NCBI RefSeq assembly: GCF_004010195.1
Contig: NC_057718.1
Location: forward strand, 47,241,245-47,276,884
DNA length: 35,640 nucleotides
Direction of reading: 5' to 3'
Origin: Chiloscyllium plagiosum
Taxonomy: Eukaryota
Position numbers and translations under genes: made by a program. Below the pieces are notes generated by a model, which saw nothing but the letters and a program-made list of their open reading frames with translations, ran no database searches and was not told the DNA's origin. Shown here piece by piece: positions 1 through 10,629 of this stretch. Positions within the stretch are counted from its first letter, which is position 1. Every line of letters begins with the position of its first letter.

Positions 1-828
1 ATCCTCTACCATAACCAACCTATTATTCTTACAGATAGCTGAGATCTCCTTACAAGTTTGTTTCTCAATTTCCCTCTGACTATTAGGGGGTCTATAATAC
101 AATCCCAATCAGGTGATCATCCCTTTCTTATTTCTCAGTTCCACCCAGATAACATCCCTGGATGTATTTCCGGAAATATCCTCCCTCAGCACAGCTGTAA
201 TGGTATCCCTTATCAAAAATGCCACTCCCCCTCCTCTCTTGCCTCCCTTTCTATCCTTCCTGTAGCATTTGTATCCTGGAACATGAAGCTGCCAGTCCTG
301 CCCATCCCTGAGCCATGTTTCTGTAATTACTATGATATCCCAGTCCCATGTTCCTAACCATGCCCTGAGTTCATCTGCCTTCCCTGTTAGGCCCCTTGCA
401 TTGAAATAAATGTAGTTTATTTTATTAGTCCTACCTTGTCCCTGCCTGCCCTGACTGTTTGACTCACTTCTGTTCTCAGCTGTACCCGTCTCAGATCAAT
501 CTCTTTCCTCACTATCTCCCTGGCTCCCACCCCCACACCTTACTAGTTTAAATCCTTCCAAGCAGTTCGAGCAAATTTCCCTACCAGTACATTAGTCCCC
601 TTCCAATTTAGGTGCAATCCGTCCTTCTTGTACAGGTCACTTCTACCCCAAAAGAGATTCCAATGATCCAAAAATGTGAATCCTTCTCCCATACACCAGC
701 TCTTCAGCCATGCATTCATCTGCTCTATCCTCCTATTCCTACCTTCACTAGCTCATAGCACTGGGAGTAATCCAGATATTACTACCCTTGAGGACCTCCT
801 TTTTAAATTCCTGCCTAACTCTCTGTAA
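1..828 (-). mobile_element. CR1/HER1-type LINE fragment (3' part of ORF1 esterase and start of ORF2 endonuclease), running off the window edge
   Basis: Aligns by eye almost base for base with 29354-30148. The minus strand encodes ...DLYKKDGLHLNW (SGNH block V DxxH) and the endonuclease N-terminal region. Confidence 0.92.
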
Positions 829-962
829 GGGTCTGGATTAGAGTGGTGCTGGAAAAGCACAGCAGTTCAGAGGCAGCATCCGAGGAGCAGTAAAATTGAC
901 GTTTTGGGCAAATGCCCTTCATCAGGAATACAGGCAGAGAGCCTGAAGGTTGGAGAGATAAA
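829..962 (-). mobile_element. Penelope-like element (PLE) terminal fragment with degenerate hammerhead motif
   Basis: GTGGTGCTGGAAAAGCACAGCAG..GGCAGCATCC..GCCCTTCATCAGGAAT. This is the reverse complement of the sequence that follows the GIY-YIG-like C-terminus at 6190-6290. Confidence 0.75.
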
Positions 963-969
963 TTTATCT

Positions 970-1135
970 CAGCAGATTTAGCAGGATGTTGTGTGGAATG
1001 AAGCAGGTTAACTATGAGGAGAGGCTGAATAAGCTTGGGTTGTTTTCTTTGGAACAGAGAAGGCTGAGTGGGGAAGTGACTTAAGGTGTATAGTATTATA
1101 AGGGGCATGGACAGGGTGATTAGAAAGCAGTTAAA
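970..1135 (+). mobile_element. Old CR1 LINE fragment (RT C-terminal region)
   Basis: Encodes NYEERLNKLGLFSLEQRRL, the typical CR1 ORF2 C-terminal motif. Confidence 0.8.
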
Positions 1136-1159
1136 GGGTCAGTTGCATGGATGTCCTCA

Positions 1160-1670
1160 CCGCAGAAGTCAAAATGCAACCTCAGGACAGGGAGAAGATG
1201 CTATGGCCAGTGTAAATTTATCTGAATTTCCACTGTTGATGAGGTCCCACATGGGTGACTGATAAACTGTGAATGTGACCGTCGCTGTGAATGTTTACAA
1301 ATTTGAGTATCTCCAGACTGGATCTTGCAACATTCATAATATCTCTCAATTTGTTTTCCACTGTTACCTAGGGGTGGTCACTGAGGCTCTGTATTGCAAC
1401 AGATCTTAACACCTTTCACTTTTTTGCCAGATAGAAGAAGGTAGAACAAGCACATAGCTACATGAGGATTACAGGCTTCCCTATGGTACAAAACATCATT
1501 GACTCCATGCATACTGCTTCGTGGGTGCCATATGTCAACTGTAACATGCATTGAATGGATTTCACTCCCTCAACTTCCAGCTGGTTTGCAAGCAAATGCA
1601 ACATGCAGTCTCATGCAGGTCAGTGGCCGGTGTCCTGGCCACAATCCACTTGGCCATGTACATTTAAGCT
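1160..1670 (+). pseudogene. Decayed PIF/Harbinger (HARBI1-like) DDE transposase fragment
   Basis: Frame-broken motifs in the expected order: VTVAVN, VTEALY, GFPMVQNIIDSMH (1474-1512, cf. GFP.VQGAIDCTH), YVN, GFHSLNFQLVC (1557-1589), MQVSGRCPG (cf. ARYPGS.HD). Confidence 0.8.
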
Positions 1671-2023
1671 GCAAGGACAAATTAGAGGGCAGCTACTATG
1701 CTAACTAGAAGCATAGAATCAAAGCATAATTAAGCGCTGTAATTTCACCCCGATCTCTATACTGGATCTCTGCAGCAGAACCACCCTTTCCCCATAGACT
1801 AGCATTTTTTTTTCTACACCTACAAATTCAGTGCAAGTTTTAAAAGTTAGAATCCACCTACATTACACAATCAGGCAATGCATTCCTGATCCTTGCCACT
1901 CACTGCACAGAATGATATTTTCTTATGCCACCGTTTTTACTTCTTAATCAGTAACTTAATCAGTTTTTTTAAATTGATGTCCTCTGGTTCTCAACCCTTC
2001 TGCCAATAAGAACAGATCTCCCT

Positions 2024-3492
2024 AGCCATAAGACATAGGAACTGAATTAGGGCATTCAACCCACTGGACCGGCTCTGCTCTGCTTTTCAATCATAGCTGA
2101 TATGTTTCTCAACCATGTTTTTCTGCCTTCTCCCTATAATCTTTGTTCCCCTTACTAATCCCAACACTGACCCCTGCAAGACTCCACTAGTCTCCACTGG
2201 CAGCCATCCTGAAAAAAAACCTTTAACCCTATGCTCTGACTTCTGCCAGTCAGCCAATCCTCTATCCATGGCAGTACCTCGCCCCTAATACCATAGGCTT
2301 TTATTTTGTTTAGCAGCCTCCTATATAGAACCTTGTTAAAGGCCTTCTGGAAATCCAATAGGTCATATTCTCTAGCTCTCCTTTGTCTAACTTGATTGTT
2401 ACCTCTTCAAAGAATTCTAACAGATTTGTCAGACAAAACTTTACCTTGACAAAGCCATGCTGATGCAGCTCTTTTTTTTTGACCATCTACTTCCAAGTAT
2501 TCCACAATCTTATTCTTAATAATAGACTGTAAATTCTTACTGAGGACTAAAGTCAGGCAACCAGTCTATAATTTCCTGTCTTCTGCCTCCTTCACTTTTT
2601 AAACATGGATGTTACATTAGCTATTTTCTAGTCCTACTCCAATGATTCCTGAAAGGTCACCACCAATGCCTCTACAACCTCCTCAACTATATCTTTTAAG
2701 ACCTCTGAAGGAGTAGTCCATCTAGTCCTAGTGATTCACCCACCTTCAGACCTTTCAGCAGTAATGGCAACTGCATTCTCTTCCACCCCCTGATTCTCTT
2801 GAAGTCCTGGTATGTTGCTGGTATCTTCCACTGGTACCTAGTTCCTCTGGCATTTCTTTGTTCCCAATTAACTATTTGCATTTTCCATTATGTTTTCCAT
2901 TTTACATGACATTTTCCAGTGTCCATTTTTGCCTCTCTCTTTCCATTTAGATAAAAACTAAAAACTTGTGCAACCTTTTATATTACTAGCTAGCTTACTC
3001 CCATATTTCATATTTTATCCCTCCCTTTATTGCTTTTTAAAATTATCTTCTGCTGGTTGTTAAAGGCTTCCCAATAATCATCTTCACATTGTATCTTCCT
3101 TCTTGGGATGAATTTCTGCTGAGCTCCCAAATTACCCCCCGAAACCCCTGCCATTGCTCCTCCACCATTTTCCCTACTAGGCTCCCCTTCCAATCAACTC
3201 TGGCTCCTCCCTCATGTCTTTGCTATTGCCTTTACTCAATTGTAATACCATTCCATCTGATTCTTAGCTCCTCCCTCTCAAACTGCAGGGTGAATTCTAT
3301 CATATTGCGGTCACTGCCCCCAAGGGGTTCCTTCACTTTCGGCTCCCTAATTAAGTCTGCCTCATTAAACGTTACCACATCCAGAATTGCCAGTTCCCTA
3401 GTGGACTCTACCACACTGCTCCAAAAAACATGTTGTAGACATTCCACAACTTCCTTCCTTGAGATCTGCTACCAACCTGATTTTCCCAGTTA
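2024..3492 (-). mobile_element. Internally deleted CR1 LINE (endonuclease, RT and 3' tail)
   Basis: Minus-strand ORF fragments MDFQKAFNKV, SGVLQGSVLG and REPKVKEPLGGSDRNMIEFTL (endonuclease SDH-like motif). CATAAGACATAGGA tail near 2027. Confidence 0.88.
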
Positions 3493-4359
3493 ACAACACA
3501 TTGTCTGACCTGGCATCTTTATGTTAGCCACTCTGTCCCAACTCCTTATTTTCCAAAACCTCTATCAAATATCCTGTTAATCTTTCCTTCACAAAGGAGA
3601 ACAGCCCCACCTTCTCCATTCTAGCCATGTGTCTAAAGTCCCTCATCCCTGGGACCATTTTCATAATTCATTTTTGCATTTTCTCAAAAGCCTTTATGTC
3701 TTTCTTAAATTGAGGTGTACAATTAAAATTTTAGAGCCAGACAGTTGAGGAGTCAAATTAGGAAATAATTCTTCATTCATTGGCAATTTGGAGCTCTCTC
3801 TGCTGCAGAAGGTAATCCTTGCCACATTAGTTTCTAATTTTCAAACTTGGACAATGTCATGACCACTGATCACAACCTCAGGTCGCCTATGGATATTTTA
3901 AACTTTCATTCCAATTTTTTTTTTAAAGTGGAACTGATAGAGCGAAGATAACTTTGCATATAAATCCGGTGGCTACCTGGAGAGAAATTCTGGAATGTTA
4001 CATGTGTACAGATTCAGGAAAACTTAAAAAGATGAAAAAAAAGAGAACATTAGGATGACTGCTCACGCCCCTCTCAGTGAGGAGTCATTTCCTTCAGAGC
4101 AGGTTTATGCTTTACCTTTCCAGGGATATACAGAAAATAGGGTGTAAAAAATGTGGGTTAACTAATTTGTGTTAGTAGCTTGGCATCCTAGTGTGGATTT
4201 GTGTGCTATGAAAATCACAACTTTGAGACAGCCATTAAACACCCCTGCACCTCAGGTATAAAAGGAGAGTAGACACTCTCTGACTGAGTGTTGCTAGCCA
4301 GCCACTGTCACGGGCACCAGAGAATTTCAATTGACATGCAAACCAAGAAGCTTGAATTT

Positions 4360-5025
4360 ATAGTCACAGTTATACAGCATGGAACCAGACCCTACGCTCC
4401 AACTCATTTGAGCAGAGCAGATATCCTAAACTGACCTAGTCCTGCTTGATAGCATTTGGCTCATATCCCTCTAAACCCTTCCTATTCATGTACCCATCCA
4501 GATGCCTTTTAAATGTTGTAATTGTACCAGCTTCCAGCACCTCCATTTGGCAGCTTGTTCCATACATGCACTATCCTATGCATGATAAAGTTGCCACTTA
4601 GGTCCCTTTTAAATCTTTTCCCTCTCACCTTAAACCCTTACCCTCCGGTTTTTGTCTCCCCTACTCTGGGGGAAAAAGACCTTGGCTATTCACCTTATCT
4701 ATGCCTCTCATGATTTGATAAATATCTATAGGGTCACGCATCTGCCTCCAGTGCTCCAAGGCAAAACGCCCCAGCCTATTTAGCTTCTCCCTATCTTCCT
4801 ATTTGCCATCTCAAGCTCTCCAGTCCCAGCAACATCCTTGTAAATCTTTGCTGAACCCTTTCAAGTTGAACAAAATCTTTCCTACAGTTTGGAGACCAGA
4901 ACTCTACACAGTATCCCAAAAGTGGTCTAACCAATGTCCTTTACAGCGTCAACATGATGTCCCAACTCCAATACCCATTGCACTGACCAATAAAGGCAAG
5001 CATGCAAACGTCACCTTCACCACCC
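4360..5025 (-). mobile_element. 5'-truncated HER1/CR1 LINE with 5-bp target-site duplication
   Basis: Homologous to 27201-27600 and 19128-19557. AATTT flanks both ends (4355-4359 and 5026-5030). Confidence 0.9.
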
Positions 5026-5237
5026 AATTTGACTATTTAACTACCAATGCCAATGCTTCTGTTAACAAACTGTTGTAATGCCTCAATGTTCTTCTATCTA
5101 GTCATCATGAGTGACTTTGAGGGTAACTCATATAGTTTTAAGCTTTTATCTTTTTCTTTGGGATTATTTATTACTCATAATATGTATATTGCATCACTAT
5201 TTCTTCTTGCGTTTAGTAACTAATAAACTCTGTTCTC

Positions 5238-5331
5238 AAGCAAAAACAGAAATTGCTGGAGGAACTCAGCAACAAGCATCTGTGGAATGAAAACAATTAG
5301 TACTTTCAGTCCAGTGACCCTTCTTCAGAAC
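5238..5331 (-). mobile_element. PLE terminal fragment with hammerhead-like motif
   Basis: AACAGAAATTGCTGGAGGAACTCAGC...GCATCTGTGG. The minus strand of 5300-5328 reads CTGAAGA-AGGGTCACTGGACT-GAAA-GTAC. Confidence 0.65.
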
Positions 5332-6024
5332 AATCTCTTCTGTTTGGTGAAGAAAACCTGGTTAAATTGGATCATGTGAAATCCTAAATTCCTTTGGTCT
5401 GGGAGAAAGACATCCACAAGGGAAAGGAACCTTTTAAAATTAAACTTGTTGCGGCCAACTTAGCAGACAGTTGGTAAAAGGAGACCAAGTTCGCCCCTCC
5501 TCAGTTGGGAGCTTAACAATCCGGGGTTTCACCTCTGAAGCCATAACAAATTGGGGAACCTTGCCCTGGGACTGGTTGTAACAATGGATGGACTTTTAGT
5601 AGCCAAGATACTAAAAGATGTGTGGCAAAGCCAGATATATGGAGTTAAATTGCAGATGATCTGTTTTTCTTTCTCAAAGGGTTAAAAGACCTACTCCTAT
5701 CCCTAAGTACCCAAACACCATCTGGTAGCCACCATTGCTGATCCTAAGTTTAATTATATTTATATTTAAATCACCATTTGTAGTGGTAAGGTTTGGAATA
5801 GTCGTCTAGGCCTCTGGATTACTAGTTTAGCAACATACTTACTATGCTACTATACCCAATTGTAATGCACTTGCCAATGTACCAAGCGTTGTTGTGTGCC
5901 TTCCTGTTAGCATCTTTCTGTAGGGTGTTTCACCTACCTTCTTGTCTGAATTCTCTGAAACAGAATATATGTTGTCTGCCAGTCTGGTATCTAAGTTACC
6001 TTTTATGACTTGCCTTGGCTTTAT

Positions 6025-6291
6025 CCCAATCTAAGCCACCCAATTACTGGAGGAAGAATGCCTCATCTTCCACCTTGGGATTCTTCAACCACACAGCATC
6101 AATATCGACTTCAGTAGTTTTGGTCTTCCCAGCTACTTTCCACAGCCCCACCCTCCACCCCCTATTTATTTCTCAACCCCCTTCCCCTTCCACATTACTG
6201 ATGAAGGGCTTATGCCCGAACCGTTGACTCTTCTGTTCTTTGACTGCTGCCTGACCTGCTATACTTTTACAGTGCCACACTTTCTGACTTT
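6025..6291 (+). mobile_element. Penelope-like element 3' fragment: GIY-YIG endonuclease C-terminus plus terminal repeat with hammerhead-like motif
   Basis: 6041-6121 translates QLLEEECLIFHLGILQPHSINIDFSSF (cf. PLE LEE..LIF.LGTLQP.G.N.F). It is followed by CTGATGAAGGGCTTATGCCCGAACCGTTGA and GCTGCCTGACCTGCT. Confidence 0.8.
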
Positions 6292-6419
6292 AACCCAATC
6301 ATACCCTATTACCTCATTATATGTGGATATCTGAGCTATCCTTTTCAATATTTGCAATATTTAAGCTAGTGGCTGAGAGTGAGAGCAAGTGAGGATGCTC
6401 TACCTTCATTAATACAAAA

Positions 6420-6572
6420 GCTAAATACCACAGATGCTGGAAACCTCAAATGCAGACAATTCGGGTAAAACTCAGCAGGCCAGGCAGCATCTAAGAGAAA
6501 CAGAGTTCTAATAAAGGATCATTGACCTGAAATCTGAAGAATTTTCTCTGTACTGATGTTGCTTGATCTTTC
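6420..6572. mobile_element. PLE terminal fragments in inverted arrangement
   Basis: An antisense piece (CAGATGCTGGAA..CTCAGCAGGCCAGGCAGCATC) is followed by a sense piece (CTAATAAAGGATCATTGACCTGAAA..CTGATGTTGCTTGATCT). Confidence 0.55.
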
Positions 6573-8139
6573 TCTTCCATCACTTCCTGACCAGGTTACC
6601 ATTCTTGTGTATCCGAAATTAAAAATGCACAAGCTTGGGTGGTAAACCATCACATTACCTGTCCTACAGGTGAGGGAGAAGTCAATGAGTGAATGTCTTA
6701 TTGGATGATGTGTTGACATGGTTGCTAACTTGGTCATCCATGTAAGCTATGTTGGAGGTCAGTGGCTTGTACTGTACGGGTGAGGCAAAAGTTTAAAAGT
6801 TACTTTTGAATTATCATCATTGAAAAATGAGTCTTGGAGTGTTGTGAATTGACCAGCTTGTGAAGCTAATGGTACAATTGTAGGATTTGATATTTGAAGA
6901 TGAAGTCATTAACCATGGGCATTTGTGTGATTGACCTTGCAACATTACATCCACCTTAGGGCTAGACTCCTGACATTGATCATGGCAATCTGCTCCCATT
7001 GTCCTGTTAACGAGTCTATCTACCTGGCCTCTTGACCTCTTAGCGCCAGAGGATTTTTCTGCTTCTCTGTCACCAGGGAGTTCAGGACAGCCTCACAACA
7101 CCTTGGATGATATTTTCTGCGTTATTGAATCATAATTCACTGTATTTCCTGCTTGAATTTTCTGTAAACTGCCAATTCAGAATACACCTGGCCTTTAAGA
7201 GTTACCTGCTGAATTGATCAAGCAAGGTACTGGTATTGTACAAATGTGGACTCTACCTGAGAGACACAGCCAATCAGCAATACATTTAACACTTTCTGTG
7301 ATGTTATCAGGTTAATTATGCATTGTGATAACTGGGCTAGTTTCTCAGCCTTAGTGAGTGTGTAGTGGTGCTGTGGCTGACACCTGGCCACCAGTGCTGT
7401 ATTCTGTGTCCTTCTGAGGCAGAAAGTCACCCCTGATATGGCAATAGTGCCATGGGCTCCTGCTTCCCAACAACCTATTCTAGTCGAGGGTCACTAGTGG
7501 GTAAGATCCTTGATTAGTAACCAACTGGGCCGTATATTTTCAGTGCTATGGAGAGGCATGTGAATTATATATTTTTGATATGTTAGTGAGTGAGCTAGGT
7601 ATAAAATTTGGGTTTAAATCCAGTTTAGACAATGTGGTAAAAATATTTCACTGACATAATGGTGCAAAATGAAATGAATGAATAAATTCAACTTGTATTT
7701 TACAAAAAATAAGTCAGCACAGCAACACAAAGCTTACTTACCAATAAACGAAAACTTAGATTGTAAAACATGCTGCATGAAATAATTAGTCCAATGCTAA
7801 ATGCTTTTCTAGTTTTGAGATCCTGGTTATGTTATTGATTAGATTTTGACATTTGGGGCAAGTTTGAGTGCTTGTCTTACACACTTGCAGCAGGAAGTCA
7901 CACCCATTGTCAGTACTGCTTGTGGTTTTTGCAATTTACCAGTGAGTGAGGTTCCCCATCATCCGAGACTAGGTACACTAACTTGAATATTCATTACTAC
8001 TTGCTTCTCTCAATTAGAAAGTGAAGCTTTTCAAGGAAATTATGTTAATCCTGCAGTAGAAAACCAAATTAACAATTTACAGCCCCTAATTGCAATGAGT
8101 TGCTGTACAGCAATATAAAAGATTGCAGATGATTCAACA

Positions 8140-8235
8140 ATACTGCTGATCCTGGAAGCCCAAAATGAAAACAAAATGCTGGAAATATTCTGGCAAGTCT
8201 AACAGCATCTATAGAGAGAGAGAAACAGAGCTAAT
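8140..8235 (-). mobile_element. PLE terminal fragment
   Basis: AAATGCTGGAAATATTC..CAGCATCTATAGAGAGAGAGAAACAGAG resembles 5238-5295 and 6430-6505. Confidence 0.5.
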
Positions 8236-9574
8236 AGGCAGAATTTAATGCAAATTTGAAATGAAGGTGGCATTTACTTGGTCAGATGGGTGGCAGGTGG
8301 GGACCCTGCTACTCTAACTCCTACCAAGGGTAGGCTCATGGATATCCTTGTTATGCCATTGCCAATTGAGGCCCTTAACCAGGCAATAGCAACGTGCATC
8401 ATAACTGGAACCTTCTACAAAACACCCCACTCCTGTATTTTTGACATTGTAATCGTCACTTCCCACACCTCTGCTGTCTGACAAAAACCCACAAGCCAGT
8501 TGAAACCATTCATATCCATTCCGTATAATAGTTACCACTCCATAATGATTTGTTCAATCCACTTTCCAACTCCGCATCCCATACAGAGCAACAATCACAA
8601 GCAACAGCTTTTGGATCAAGGAATGGAAAACATGAAAAGCCACCAAGTTCCTGTTCTTACACTCAAACAAAAACCTTTCACCTTTGTAAATATATCCTCA
8701 TTACACTTCTAAAATACCTGCTCTAATGTCTTCTTTGCTGTCAAAACTGGTTGTGAGACATACCAAGGAATAGCATTGCTCATCTCTCTCGAGTAATCGA
8801 CTCCTTGACTATAAATAGCCTCTGATGCCAGGGAACCATGACATTGATGACTATAGTCAAGGCGTTGCACTTTAATGTGGACAACACCGAGGCAAAATAT
8901 AGCACAGAGAGATTATGGTAAGGTATGGCCAGCAGGCATCATTCTGCACTTACACCCACCTTGTGAGGGAAACTATAGAATCACTGATGATTCCATACAT
9001 TTTTGGAAGGAATGATGCATTTTATTCTATGTATCAGCCTTTTGAGGGAGCACGCTGCCATTCAAGGCTGGGAGATATTCAATAGGCAGCTCACCTCTCC
9101 ATTTTCTCTCATAGCTCAGTGGTCGCTGAGGAAAAGGTATAAAAACACTGCCTCTTGTAGATTATTACTATCCTAGACAATGCTCGGTGATTTCATGGCA
9201 ATGTTTCAGTCTATTGCAAACTTGAGATTGGATTACCAATGATGGAATGATCAAAAGGAGAGTCATACGATACATCCTATAAAGATTGTGTTCCTGCACG
9301 CAAAGCAACTTGGCAGAAGCATGCAAGTCACGGGTATCCCTGAAGTCCTAACTAAACTGTTGAAGGGCTGAAGTGGTGATTATATTAGTCCAAGAGTAGT
9401 ATAATGACGATTTGAGGCTGGTGGTTTGCCACCACGGAATTGTGTGGTTGAAGGATAGCGAGGAAGCTGGTGACCATGCGGGAATGTTGTGGTGAAGACG
9501 CATTTGAATGATGGCCAGGACAAACAGTTGGCGGGTTGCACCTGCCAAGTACCCGCTCTGACTCGCATGTCATA

Positions 9575-10200
9575 TGAAACATAAGGAAGAAGAGCAGAAG
9601 AAGAGCAGAAATAGACCAGTGGACCCCTGAAACTTGCTCTGCTATTTAATAAGAGCATGGCTGATATGTTTGTTTTTCAAATTCAATATCCCCGTCTGCC
9701 CTGATAACCTTTTGATTCTGTTGCCTAACAAGGATTTATCTACATCTGCCTTAAAAAATTGTTAAAGTACTCCTCTTCCACACCCTCTACGGCAGTTCCA
9801 AAGTTGCAGAACTTTCTGAGAGAAAAACAAATTCTCCTCCTCTCTGTCCGAAAAGGAAACTCTCAATTTTAAAACAGTGCCCCTGATTGTGAATTCACCC
9901 ACAAAAGGAAACATCCACAACAGCCAAGCCTGTCTACTCTGTCCTTACAAAACAACCTACTCATTCCAGAAATCAATCCCTTAAACCTCCTTTGAACTGT
10001 TTCCAACTTCTTTACTTGCTACATTAAATAAGGGGTCAAATCAGCACATAGTATTCAAGCTATCGTTTCACCAATGTAATGGAAACATAACACCCTTCAT
10101 TTTATATTTAGTTTTTCTTGTCATGAAGAAAGGCATCCCACCTGCATACTAACATTTTGTGACTCGTGCACTAGTGTACCAAGTTACCTCTGTACCTAAG
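9575..10200 (-). mobile_element. Old CR1 LINE 3' fragment
   Basis: AACATAAGGAAGAAGAGCAGAA tail, CATGGCTGAT motif and a decayed RT C-terminal region. Confidence 0.7.
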
Positions 10201-10284
10201 AATTAATCAGGAATTTGTGTCATCTAGTTTCTGAGGGAAGGGGTGAAGAATTGAAAAGTGGCAATTAAATGAAGTGCAAAACTG

Positions 10285-10426
10285 AAGTACTGTCAATACT
10301 AGAAGTCTGAAAGAGAAACACAGAGAATGTTGGAGAAACTCAGAAGGTGGGGCAGTTTCTGTGGTTTTCTCTCTCAACATATGCTGCCATGTCTGCTGAG
10401 TTTGTCCCGCATTCCCTATATTTGTT
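10285..10426. mobile_element. Fold-back pair of PLE terminal fragments
   Basis: GAATGTTGGAGAAACTCAGAAGGTGGGGCAG is followed by its approximate reverse complement CTGCCATGTCTGCTGAGTTTGTCCCGCATTC. Confidence 0.55.
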
Positions 10427-10629
10427 AGCTCAATTCACCTTATTTATAACAATAGGATGCAAATGCTTGCAAATAAGGTAGTTGCTGCTCCATAGTGAGA
10501 TTCTGAAGTTATCATTTAAAGCTTTAGGGGAAAATTGAAAAAATGATTCTCAACATCATGTTCATTCTCACTGTATTTTCCTACCTTTCCCATCATTTCC
10601 CACACCACACAAAGGAGGATACAATTCCA

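Larger units (their letters stand above)
3855..5583 (+). mobile_element. Probable solo LTR (interrupted by a CR1 and a PLE fragment), inserted into an older CR1 3' end
   Basis: Termini TGTCATGACC / GGTTGTAACA are imperfect inverted repeats (TG...CA). TATAAAA at 4257-4263 and AATAAA at 5222-5227. Flanks at about 3740-3850 and 5584-5705 join into one CR1 3' end. Confidence 0.65.

Noticed and set aside
7290..7510. Possible ancient SINE or conserved non-coding element
   Set aside because: Could not be matched to any family I recognise.
9348..9582. CpG-richer stretch with three overlapping minus-strand ORFs, faintly like a Penelope RT segment
   Set aside because: No clear protein motif or splice sites; too weak to call without a search.
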